Of a stretch of 64,000 bases of DNA, positions 29,404-38,186 are shown one piece after another; position 1 is the stretch's first letter; the number at the start of each line of letters is the position of its first letter. A program made the translations under genes and the position numbers. The DNA is from an archaeon (GTDB lineage Archaea > Nanobdellota > Nanobdellia > Pacearchaeales > GW2011-AR1), in assembly GCA_043822125.1 (NCBI GenBank), contig JBDRCB010000006.1:123520-187519 (forward strand), in the 5' to 3' direction. The notes below the pieces were generated by a model. It searched no databases and had not been told where the DNA came from. It saw nothing but the letters and a program-made list of their open reading frames with translations.

Positions 29404-30715
29404 TCTAAAAAATTCAGTTTATGCAGTAAGTCAGGAATCAGATTACCTCACAAAAAAAGTCAGATACGAAAATAAGGTCAATGGAAAATTATTAATTATG
29501 CCCCTATTTTCTCCTTATATAAGAAGTTCTTTTGATTTGAAGATTCTTACCAAGTATATTTCAGATTATAATTATTCTCATAATTTAAGGGGGATTGTTG
29601 TGCCTATAGATAGAGCTGATTTATTAGATAAGGTTCCAGAAACTATGAAAAATACTTCTCTTGTGATTATAGATACACTTCCAGAAGTTTTTTATTATGG
29701 TTCTCTGAAAAAAGAAATTTATCAAAGGTATTCAAAAATTTCTGGATTACCTAAAGAAATAGTAAAGTTATTACAAACGCCAAATAATACACAAAATTGG
29801 GCTTCAAAAGAAGACCAATATTCAGAGATGATTGATTCAATTTTATTAGAAGATGATGTTAGGGTTAAACTAACTACGGCTGTAATAAATGCACAATTAG
29901 AAAAAGATGTGGATATAGTAATACCTTTCTCTCCTTTAATATTAAATGATTCAGTAAGTTTTCTTGCAACCCAAAGATTTTATGAACAGGCTCAAAGATT
30001 ATTTTTAGGAACTATAACAGATATAGACGAAGAACTTGGAAAGAGAATAGCATTACCTTTATTCCTTCATGAATCCATTCTATTTAATACAAAATTAATA
30101 AATCAAATTATTAATTATATTAATACCAATGAACATGCCTCAATTGTATTAAAAATATACTTTTCTGGAAATAAAAATGTTAAAGATTTAGATTTTGACC
30201 AAGTTATAAATTTATCAAATTTACTAAAAGCTATAGGGATTTATTCCAAATTTAATTCCTGCCCCGTACACTTACTTTGTGATTTATCTCTTGGATTAAT
30301 TTCTCTAATGTATGGATTTGATAGTTATTCCCAACCATTTAATGATAAGCAAATTGAAACAGAAGGAGCTCCAGATATAACAAAATTAAAATTAAGGAAT
30401 CCTACAATTGATTATGGAAAAATCTATAGTATGGATTTAAGGAAAAAAATTTACCACAAAAATTATGTCGCTCATATAAAATATAATAAAAATATCCTTC
30501 CATGTCCTGCAAATAAATATTGCAACAAACACATAAGTGGTTTAGATGTTTTAAATATGAAAAGACATACCTTTTGGGAACATGCAAGACTTCATAATTT
30601 AGAGAGTAAAAATTATGAGATAGATGAGATATTAGATTCAATACGGGAAAAAACTATTAGAGTCTTTAAAAGTAGATTTAATAACTTTTTTAATCAAGCA
30701 ATACTCCCAAATTAA
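29393..30715 (+). CDS. Divergent TIM-barrel protein, possibly tRNA-guanine transglycosylase/DpdA-like
   Basis: MPLFSP; IIDT; GFDSYS; C-terminal PCP...YC...LHNL resembling the TGT Zn site. Confidence 0.5.
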   Translation: MSTNLKNSVYAVSQESDYLTKKVRYENKVNGKLLIMPLFSPYIRSSFDLKILTKYISDYNYSHNLRGIVVPIDRADLLDKVPETMKNTSLVIIDTLPEVFYYGSLKKEIYQRYSKISGLPKEIVKLLQTPNNTQNWASKEDQYSEMIDSILLEDDVRVKLTTAVINAQLEKDVDIVIPFSPLILNDSVSFLATQRFYEQAQRLFLGTITDIDEELGKRIALPLFLHESILFNTKLINQIINYINTNEHASIVLKIYFSGNKNVKDLDFDQVINLSNLLKAIGIYSKFNSCPVHLLCDLSLGLISLMYGFDSYSQPFNDKQIETEGAPDITKLKLRNPTIDYGKIYSMDLRKKIYHKNYVAHIKYNKNILPCPANKYCNKHISGLDVLNMKRHTFWEHARLHNLESKNYEIDEILDSIREKTIRVFKSRFNNFFNQAILPN

Positions 30716-30879
30716 TTCTTTGATTTTTCAATAATAATTTTTCCTTTCTCAGCCCTTACATGAAGCCTCTTACCTAAAAGACCAGAAATTTTTACAATTT
30801 CTTTTGGTATTGATGGAATCATATATTTTTTGTATTCTTTATCACCAACCTTTTTATTAGATACTTCTGCAATTTTCAT
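30712..30879 (-). CDS. AbrB/MazE/SpoVT-like DNA-binding microprotein (55 aa)
   Basis: Hand translation MKIAEVSNKKVGDKEYKKYMIPSIPKEIVKISGLLGKRLHVRAEKGKIIIEKSKN. Confidence 0.75.
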   Translation of the reverse strand: MKIAEVSNKKVGDKEYKKYMIPSIPKEIVKISGLLGKRLHVRAEKGKIIIEKSKN

Positions 30880-30930
30880 TAATTAAATTAGAATAATAAT
30901 ATTTATAAATATGTCGGTACCATAATTTAT

Positions 30931-31446
30931 ATGGAAAGAACTAATGAAATGTTAAAGTTGGGCGAAGCATTTGTTAATGAGGGGATTAAAAGGTTGAAGG
31001 AATATAAAATAGAAAGACCAAATTTTATATATGACCGACACAAAATGATTATAAAAAAGAGATTTGCTGTTGTTGAGTTTATTAATGGATTAGAATTAAT
31101 TCTAAAGGCGGTTATGATAAGAAAAGGGTATAATATCTATATCTTAAAAAGGAAATTATTCAAAAAGAATGAGAAGATGTCTAACATGATTAATCCAAAA
31201 AGAACTATAGATTTATTGGATGTAATTGAATTTTTTAGAAAAAATTATCGTGATTTACCTTTCAATGGGATTGATGAACTAAGAGAAATAAGAAACCAAA
31301 TTGTCCATAAGGGAACTGAAATAGGGACAAAAAAGAGAGAATATTTTATTGATTCAATAAATTGTATAATTGGTATATATAGCCAAGAAGGAATTAAACA
31401 CAGAAAATTCTTAACACAGCTGGAGGGGTCAAAAGAACTTATTTGA
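30931..31446 (+). CDS. HEPN-domain protein (putative RNase)
   Basis: LELILKA helix and RNQIVH (RxxxxH). Confidence 0.75.
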   Translation: MERTNEMLKLGEAFVNEGIKRLKEYKIERPNFIYDRHKMIIKKRFAVVEFINGLELILKAVMIRKGYNIYILKRKLFKKNEKMSNMINPKRTIDLLDVIEFFRKNYRDLPFNGIDELREIRNQIVHKGTEIGTKKREYFIDSINCIIGIYSQEGIKHRKFLTQLEGSKELI

Positions 31447-31524
31447 CTTTTTTAACAAGGGCTACTTATTTAACAAAGCCCAAAACCCAGAAACCTTTAA
31501 AAACCAGAATAAAATATTTCTTAT

Positions 31525-31833
31525 ATGCCGAAAGTAAGAATAAAATTAAACAGCACAGACATTAGCATGCTTAATTCTATTTGCGAATCTATCAAGGAAA
31601 TAGCGAAAAAATCAGGAATAACTATCAGCGGTCCTGTTCCACTTCCGACAAAAAAACTCAAAGTCACGACGAGAAAATCACCTTGTGGAGACGGCACAGC
31701 GACTTTTGACAGATTTGAAATGCGGATTCACAAGCGTCTGATTGACCTGCCTGCAAATGAAAAAGTCCTGCACCACATTATGAGAATGAGAATCCCGAAA
31801 AATGTCAATATTAAAATTGAAATGAAAGATTAA
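31525..31833 (+). CDS. rpsJ: 30S ribosomal protein S10 (uS10)
   Basis: GPVPLPTK...RKSPCGDG...RIHKRLID. Confidence 0.97.
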   Translation: MPKVRIKLNSTDISMLNSICESIKEIAKKSGITISGPVPLPTKKLKVTTRKSPCGDGTATFDRFEMRIHKRLIDLPANEKVLHHIMRMRIPKNVNIKIEMKD

Positions 31834-31888
31834 ATGTATACTTTCTATAAACTAAATTATTAAAAAAGGTGTATTTTTTAATTATCTC

Positions 31889-32266
31889 ATGGGTTTAGAT
31901 GGGCTAATATTAGAATGGCCAGAAGATGAAACAAGAGCAGAGCAATTAAGACTAAAGAAAATAGAATATGCTAGAAGGATAAAAAGAAACAAAAGAATTC
32001 TATCAGAAGATACAAATTGCCATCCTGAATTAATCAAGAAGATTTTAAAGGGGTCTCAAAATTACATAAACCTTATTATCCTATCAACATTGCAACGCAG
32101 AAAAAAAATAGATACTTATAATTTTTCATTAGAACTTGCAGAGAGAGGCTTAATTATTAACAGTGAATCAATTGAAAAATACGACGAAGCATGTGATATT
32201 GTTCGAGACTACTGTGAAACTGGCGGGAGAAATGTAAGAGGTGGAACAGGGCTCCCAAAACTGTGA
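31889..32266 (+). CDS. Hypothetical protein
   Basis: 125-aa ORF. Confidence 0.6.
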   Translation: MGLDGLILEWPEDETRAEQLRLKKIEYARRIKRNKRILSEDTNCHPELIKKILKGSQNYINLIILSTLQRRKKIDTYNFSLELAERGLIINSESIEKYDEACDIVRDYCETGGRNVRGGTGLPKL

Positions 32267-32324
32267 TAAAAATTTATTCAATAAAAACACAAAATCTTAA
32301 ATACTCTTTTTTCTAAATTATTTT

Positions 32325-32624
32325 ATGGAGCGGGATATAGGAAAAATAAAAAAGAACGACACATCAGATATTGTAATTCGTATTGATGATTTCGGAGGGA
32401 AAACAGGGCTGACAATTCGCGAATTTGTAACAAGTGATAGATATACTGGCTTCACAAAAGCAGGTGTAAGAATTTCAGCAGATGATTTTTTAAAATTCAG
32501 AGAAATGATTAATTCAATCTCCCTTGAAGATTTAAAAGATTCAGGAGAAAAAAAGCCTGAAAAACCAAAGCCGAAAAACCAAAAAAGCCTGAATAACTCT
32601 AGTGAAGACTTGCCTGATTACTGA
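32325..32624 (+). CDS. PC4/p15-like ssDNA-binding protein
   Basis: IRIDDFGG...IREF...FTKAGVRI pattern. Confidence 0.7.
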   Translation: MERDIGKIKKNDTSDIVIRIDDFGGKTGLTIREFVTSDRYTGFTKAGVRISADDFLKFREMINSISLEDLKDSGEKKPEKPKPKNQKSLNNSSEDLPDY

Positions 32625-32634
32625 TTCTAGAGTC

Positions 32635-33489
32635 TTAATTTATTTGTTGTTGGGATGGATTTGAAAAGATTTTTTCTAAAATTCTTGATTTCTCCTCACG
32701 GGTCCAGACAGTAATTTTAGCGTCTGGTTCATTAAAAGAAATGTCCCATGCTCTTTCAGGACTTAAATTTAATCTGTAAACATCAACCTTTCTTTTATCA
32801 AATCTCTCCAATGAACTTTCAATCTCTCTTTCATCATAAAAAGATTTGAAAACAACTCTGTCAAACCCCCTGTATGCTAAAAGATTATTTGTGCAGTCGT
32901 TGCATGGAAAAATAGTTGCATAAACAGTAAAACGGTTTAAGTTTAGTCTTGTTATATGCGAGGCAGCATTTTGCTCTGAATGAGTTCCCCAGCATTTTCC
33001 TGTTCCATGAGTAATTCCATATTTCTCTCCTGTTGCTCTTTCTTTTCTGCAGTAGCCTAAATCCAAACAGCTCTCTAAACCAGGAGCAGCACCATTATAC
33101 CCGCTTCCAAGTTCAAGATTAGTCTTACTATCAACAATAACAGTTCCTGCATGAACATTCAAACAAGAAGACCTTCTCGAAGTATCAATTGCCTTTAACA
33201 TAAAATATTCGTCCCACGACGGACGAATATCATTTCTTTCTTTTAAATTTACCATCCCAAAATCAGTAACAAGAGTTTCCCCATCTCTCTGAAAAACCTC
33301 TGTGTGTTCATAATCTCCTAAAATAACATCACCACATTTTAATGCATATTTTGTTTTCAGTCTAGGTTCAAAAGATATCCCCACAGATTCTTCTTTTAAT
33401 TTAATAATCTCAATCCTGCCTTTTAATTTTTTATTAGACTTCTTTAAATGTTTTAAAACAGAATCTAACTTTTTATATATGTTAATCAT
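32635..33489 (-). CDS. dCMP deaminase with N-terminal extension
   Basis: RPSWDEYFM; GYNG; HSEQNA; PCNDC. Confidence 0.88.
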   Translation of the reverse strand: MINIYKKLDSVLKHLKKSNKKLKGRIEIIKLKEESVGISFEPRLKTKYALKCGDVILGDYEHTEVFQRDGETLVTDFGMVNLKERNDIRPSWDEYFMLKAIDTSRRSSCLNVHAGTVIVDSKTNLELGSGYNGAAPGLESCLDLGYCRKERATGEKYGITHGTGKCWGTHSEQNAASHITRLNLNRFTVYATIFPCNDCTNNLLAYRGFDRVVFKSFYDEREIESSLERFDKRKVDVYRLNLSPERAWDISFNEPDAKITVWTREEKSRILEKIFSNPSQQQIN

Positions 33490-33540
33490 ACATAAATACA
33501 ATAAAGTAATTTTTAAATACTATTATAATAAAAAAGATAA

Positions 33541-33990
33541 ATGAGACAATATAATTTAACTCCTCCGCAGAGAAAGAATTATTGTGTTCCTTCATGTTTA
33601 CAGGCAATTTTAAGAAAACATAATGCAGAAGTCTCGCAGGACAAAATCGCAAATGTTTTGATAAAAAAAGAAAATGGTTTTATTCCAGAAGGCAAGATGC
33701 TTGAAGAATTTTTAAAACAAAAAGAGTTATTATATAATTTTTATTGGTATAATAAAACACCTTTTAATGAGCCAGATAGTTTATTAGAATTCAATCCTAA
33801 TAAGGACATATTAATAGGCTTAGATGAACACTGTTTCTTGTGTTTAGATTACCAAGAAAATAGGATTATTTTATTAAATCCTAATGATATTTCAATGAAA
33901 GAGATAAATCATCATGACATTTTAAAAAGGATGCATGAGGCAAAATCTGGATTTTTTGGATTGATGAGTAGAATAAAAAATCAATTATGA
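33541..33990 (+). CDS. C39-like cysteine peptidase
   Basis: Q...YCVPSCL and HCFLCLDY...NP. Confidence 0.6.
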   Translation: MRQYNLTPPQRKNYCVPSCLQAILRKHNAEVSQDKIANVLIKKENGFIPEGKMLEEFLKQKELLYNFYWYNKTPFNEPDSLLEFNPNKDILIGLDEHCFLCLDYQENRIILLNPNDISMKEINHHDILKRMHEAKSGFFGLMSRIKNQL

Positions 33991-34034
33991 TTAATCACAA
34001 TTATCTTTAAAAACAAAAATCTAATTTTATTAAA

Positions 34035-34910
34035 ATGGTAGAAGTAAGAAAAGAAGATTTAGAAAGAGTTAAGGAGCAGATTTATTCTATAAGAGAAAAG
34101 ATTGCTGAAATACAAGGACCAAATTCTGTAGGAGAGAAAGATTTTGTTTATATTGAAGCCAGAGATTTAGATGATTTATATTTCCAGTCAGTAATGGGGG
34201 CACTAAAGCATGGAGAATTAAATCCTGTTGAAGAAGGAAGTCATGCTGGCTCAATTAGATTAGAATTCCCTGGATTTGGTTGTTGTGTTAAAAATCCTAC
34301 TACAAGACCTTTAGCTCCAAGTACTAGAGAAGGTATACCTGTAGCAACAGATGATGAAGCAATTCATAAATATTTTCAGAATTATTTATTAGATGGAAGA
34401 TTAGAACCTAATGAGCATTATAGATATAGTACTTGGATTTCAGGTATTCAAAATCCTAATATTCCATTAGAACATAAAGGAATTCCAAGAGGAACAAGAC
34501 TTAATCAATTAGAATGGTGTGTTAAACATTTTACAGAAAAAGGTTATGGAACAAATCATTGTGCAATAACCGTCGGATGTGCAGAAGGATTACAAAGGTA
34601 TGATTGGCCTTATAAAAATGAATCTGAAAGAGGAACTACAGAATGTTTAAGAGGGATTTCATTAAAAATAAGAAAAGAAAATCAACTAGATGTAAGCACT
34701 TTCTGGAGATCATGGGATTTATATAACGGCTTTCCAGAAAATCTTGGAGGATTTGCTCATTTAATAGAATATACTGCTAATCTAATAAATGCAACAAAAA
34801 AAGAAGAACAATCTGAAGTTAAACCAGGACGACTTTATGCTTATAGCGACGGACTTCATATTTATTCCCACAGCCTTGATTTAGCTAAACTTTGGGCTAA
34901 TATAAATTAA
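34035..34910 (+). CDS. thyA: Thymidylate synthase (ThyA-type)
   Basis: ECL catalytic Cys; RSWD...PEN; LHIY. Confidence 0.85.
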   Translation: MVEVRKEDLERVKEQIYSIREKIAEIQGPNSVGEKDFVYIEARDLDDLYFQSVMGALKHGELNPVEEGSHAGSIRLEFPGFGCCVKNPTTRPLAPSTREGIPVATDDEAIHKYFQNYLLDGRLEPNEHYRYSTWISGIQNPNIPLEHKGIPRGTRLNQLEWCVKHFTEKGYGTNHCAITVGCAEGLQRYDWPYKNESERGTTECLRGISLKIRKENQLDVSTFWRSWDLYNGFPENLGGFAHLIEYTANLINATKKEEQSEVKPGRLYAYSDGLHIYSHSLDLAKLWANIN

Positions 34911-34913
34911 CCT

Positions 34914-35450
34914 TCAAACCTGAAACTCTCTCTCGCCCTGAGTAGAAACTCTTCCACCCTGCCACTGTCCACGGTATTCTGAAAAATTTTCTCCTGTTTT
35001 AAAAAAAAGAATATGAACAAATCTTGCTCCAATTTCAATTTTAAAATTATTTTTTCCCAAATTAGCCATCCCAAAAGTCAGCTCCCCTGAATATCCTGGT
35101 GAAGCTGTTGCAGTAAATAAACCAACACCGCATCTCTGCAAAGTTGAACGCGGACGAAAAATAGCAGCAATATCCGACGGTAAATTGACTTTTTCTATTG
35201 TTTTCACCAGCACAAAATCTCCTGGCTTAAGAATAAAATCTTTCTGCTCCCCAAATTTAGCAACAGAACCAGCCCGCGGGGTGTGCCTTTCAACCTCTCC
35301 TAAAAATGCCTCACCGCCCTCAATAACAAAAACTTCTCCTAATCTCAAATCAAAACCCGAACCTTCTGGATTTTCTAATTCACGCTGTGATAAATTTTCA
35401 ACAAGTTTATTTTCTCTTACTAACCTCAACAGCTCTTTTGTTCCTAGCAT
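34914..35450 (-). CDS. dcd: dCTP deaminase/dUTPase superfamily protein
   Basis: FDLRL; PRSTLQRCG; PGYSGELT; YRGQWQG. Confidence 0.82.
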   Translation of the reverse strand: MLGTKELLRLVRENKLVENLSQRELENPEGSGFDLRLGEVFVIEGGEAFLGEVERHTPRAGSVAKFGEQKDFILKPGDFVLVKTIEKVNLPSDIAAIFRPRSTLQRCGVGLFTATASPGYSGELTFGMANLGKNNFKIEIGARFVHILFFKTGENFSEYRGQWQGGRVSTQGEREFQV

Positions 35451-35517
35451 ATTAAAAAAATTTTAATCTATTAATAAAGATTTATGTAATAAAAATAATA
35501 TAAACAAGTTTTTGCAT

Positions 35518-35814
35518 TCAGAACTTTGGCATCAACTCATTATGCCCCACTTGCACAATCAAATCAATTTTTCTCTCAAACTCCCTAGGCAAAATTGGAG
35601 TGTCGCACGCACCAAAACAACTTCCAAGCCAAATCAAAAACTCTGTTTTTCCTTCTGTTTTTCCTTCAAGAAAATCAACAGCAGCAGTTGCATATGGTTT
35701 CAGCCCGTCGGCAAACTGCAGTAAAACAATTTTAGCCCTCTTTTTTTTAATCTCTAAAACTATTTTCTCAAAATCAACTGAATAATTTTTTTCCAAATCT
35801 GACATGGATTTCAT
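35518..35814 (-). CDS. Short Dph2-like diphthamide synthesis N-terminal domain
   Basis: VLLQFADGLK; CFGACD; QVGH. Confidence 0.8.
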   Translation of the reverse strand: MKSMSDLEKNYSVDFEKIVLEIKKKRAKIVLLQFADGLKPYATAAVDFLEGKTEGKTEFLIWLGSCFGACDTPILPREFERKIDLIVQVGHNELMPKF

Positions 35815-35838
35815 TAAAAGAACAAGAAAAACTTATTT

Positions 35839-36117
35839 TTAAGAATTACGGCAACCCCTGTCATGCACACTCCACAGTATATTCTTCTCAAGCAGACTAA
35901 ATTTTCCTTCAAGCAAAAATTTATTGGGCTTCTTCCCATAAATTTTAATTAAATTGATTATCTCTCTAATACAGTCACTAAAATTAAGATTTGGAGAATA
36001 AATTGCATATGAAAGAGCCTGTTTGCAAGAATCAATATAAAACCCTTCAGCATAAATATCAAAAAATTCTCTATTCTTAATAACTTCCAGAAGAAATGGA
36101 TTTCTCGAAGAGTTCAT
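35839..36117 (-). CDS. Hypothetical protein
   Basis: 92-aa ORF with upstream TATA. Confidence 0.5.
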   Translation of the reverse strand: MNSSRNPFLLEVIKNREFFDIYAEGFYIDSCKQALSYAIYSPNLNFSDCIREIINLIKIYGKKPNKFLLEGKFSLLEKNILWSVHDRGCRNS

Positions 36118-36151
36118 AAAAAAAGCTTATCTTAAAACTTTATAAATAAAT

Positions 36152-36850
36152 CTATGCTGAAATAATAATTGTTGAATCCCCTGTAATTTTAAGTTCTTTT
36201 AAATTTCCTTCAAGAAACATCTTCCCTCTTGTGACTTCTAAATCTCCTAAAAAACTCTTTATAGAAACTTCTTCATTCTGTATATTAAAAAACTTTTTTC
36301 CGTCGTCAATCCGCATGACTCCTGATGTAACATAAGCAATCTCTTTAATAAAAGCATTCTCACTAATTTTAAAAGTTTTGTAATTAAATTCTCCTTCAAT
36401 AGAAACTTTCACAGTGTTTCCTGTCCTAGGAAGAACAGGCACCCCATTAACAGAAACTGCAGAAGCCCTCCCTGACAGTTTGGAGATTTTTTCAGAATCA
36501 AAGAAAATCTCCCCGTCATAGCCAGTAAAAACAATGTAATTATCTCCTTGTATTTCAAGTGAGAATTTTTGGTTTCCAACCTGCAGAAATGAATTAGAAC
36601 TTCCTGACAAAACCACTTCTGAGAACTGCCCCTTCAAATTCAATTCGGGAACAGTAAATTCAGCATTTATCCCAACATTTTTTTCAGGTTCAGAATCTCC
36701 TGCAATTTTTCCTGTAAAAGGAAGTCCTCCGTAAAAAGAAGTGTAAATTATCAGCAACAAGACAGTAAGAAAAACAAAAAAAACAAATAACTTAAAACGA
36801 TGTTTTTTAGGAATCGTTCCTCTGAACATTCCAGTTTCATACGCTTCCAC
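36152..36850 (-). CDS. Membrane-anchored beta-rich protein
   Basis: N-terminal TM followed by a beta-strand-rich ectodomain. Confidence 0.7.
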   Translation of the reverse strand: MEAYETGMFRGTIPKKHRFKLFVFFVFLTVLLLIIYTSFYGGLPFTGKIAGDSEPEKNVGINAEFTVPELNLKGQFSEVVLSGSSNSFLQVGNQKFSLEIQGDNYIVFTGYDGEIFFDSEKISKLSGRASAVSVNGVPVLPRTGNTVKVSIEGEFNYKTFKISENAFIKEIAYVTSGVMRIDDGKKFFNIQNEEVSIKSFLGDLEVTRGKMFLEGNLKELKITGDSTIIISA

Positions 36851-37350
36851 TATACTTCCCTCCCCATTGCACTGCTTGTTTTTGTAATTCTTCTCTTTTC
36901 ATTAATGCTGTGTTCCAGAAACTTTGAAAACTTTTCAGGTTTATCAATGTTTTTAACCATAGTAGTGCTATCTCTTGCAAATAACCTTACATTCACATTT
37001 CCGAATCTAAATATTCTCTGCCACCAATTCTGGTCAAAGGCAATATAACTTATAGCAAAAAAATCAATCCGTCTGACAGCTTTGCTCGGAGTCAATATTC
37101 CCTGCACATGAACAAGAGAATCCTGATTTATCTCATAAAGACTGTTGTACCGATGGAATTCTGTAAATTTCAAAACAAGTACGCAAAATATAATAGCAGA
37201 ATAAAACGAAATTTTATTTATAGGGTATCCTTCTATTTTAATATAAATCACAACTGAAAGAAGAATAAAAACCATTATATAAAAAGGAAGATAGTACTTT
37301 CTTGAGGTTCTTATTCTCATGATTCCTGTCTCCTCTTTTTTTCCAAGCAT
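36850..37350 (-). CDS. Membrane protein with bacterial PH (bPH_2-like) domain
   Basis: 2 TMs; Q.WWQRIFRFGNV...IDKP. Confidence 0.75.
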   Translation of the reverse strand: MLGKKEETGIMRIRTSRKYYLPFYIMVFILLSVVIYIKIEGYPINKISFYSAIIFCVLVLKFTEFHRYNSLYEINQDSLVHVQGILTPSKAVRRIDFFAISYIAFDQNWWQRIFRFGNVNVRLFARDSTTMVKNIDKPEKFSKFLEHSINEKRRITKTSSAMGREV

Positions 37351-37390
37351 TCTTAACAAATACAGAAAGACAATCTTATAAATATTTGTT

Positions 37391-38092
37391 TTATTTAACA
37401 ACTCTTTTCCTGCGAAAGATAGTTTTATTTTCTCTTTCAAATCTTCTTACCAGTTTCTCAAAAAGAAATATTTCACCCTTCTTGAGGTAAATATAACCGC
37501 AGATTGATACGATAAATGCACCTATGCTGTCAAGTATTAAATCTCTCATAGTATCTATAACTCCAATCCTGGTGTCAAAATATCCGTAAACTAATTCTAA
37601 ATTTCTAGCTTTCTGCATATTGAGTGCGAAAAAATTATCCATATAATATTCAAAAATCTCCCACAACGCCCCAAGTGCAAGTGCAAAGCAGAAAGTAAAA
37701 AATGCTATCACCGCCGGGCTTGCCTTGAATTTTCCGGTTTTATAAAAAACATATAAAATCAAAAACCCTGCAAACCCTAGAGAGATTCCTGCAGAAAGAT
37801 GAAGCATTGAATCCCACCACCAGATTTTATAATAAAAATCTCTCACTTCTCCTAGAAAAATACCTGCATAGATAAACAGAATAATAATCATTTCAATTTC
37901 AGGCGGAAGATTTATTTTGTATTTCTTCTCCACAAAAAAAGGCAGGAAAGTCAGCATAAAAGTAATCAAACTTACAAAAATAATCATCCATTCTCTCTCA
38001 TAAGCTCCAAAAAAAATCGCTATAATGAGAGTGATTCTTATAAATAAATTAAAGAAGAAATATATTTTGCTGAGAATATCTTTATCAACCAT
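37391..38092 (-). CDS. Integral membrane protein (DUF2238-like)
   Basis: WWDSMLH; LWEIFEY; DTMRDL. Confidence 0.75.
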   Translation of the reverse strand: MVDKDILSKIYFFFNLFIRITLIIAIFFGAYEREWMIIFVSLITFMLTFLPFFVEKKYKINLPPEIEMIIILFIYAGIFLGEVRDFYYKIWWWDSMLHLSAGISLGFAGFLILYVFYKTGKFKASPAVIAFFTFCFALALGALWEIFEYYMDNFFALNMQKARNLELVYGYFDTRIGVIDTMRDLILDSIGAFIVSICGYIYLKKGEIFLFEKLVRRFERENKTIFRRKRVVK

Positions 38093-38186
38093 AATAAATA
38101 AAAATTATTAAAATTTATAAAATTATCAGTCTCATTAGTTGCGAATCATTAGAAAACCTTTTAACTCCAAATACCTATTCTTGCTC

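Larger units (their letters stand above)
22440..31480. mobile_element. IS5-family (IS903-like) cargo transposon, 9,041 bp
   Basis: Perfect 17-bp TIRs ggctttgttaaataagt (22440-22456 and 31464-31480); 9-bp TSD caaaaccca (22431-22439, 31481-31489); internal DDE transposase. Confidence 0.92.

Noticed and set aside
22440..31480. Composite transposon or provirus interpretation of the island
   Set aside because: There is only one transposase, no flanking IS copies, and no integrase or virion genes.
34035..34910. dCMP hydroxymethylase (phage-type DNA modification)
   Set aside because: It has Asn (PEN) at the specificity position, as in dUMP-using ThyA, rather than Asp.
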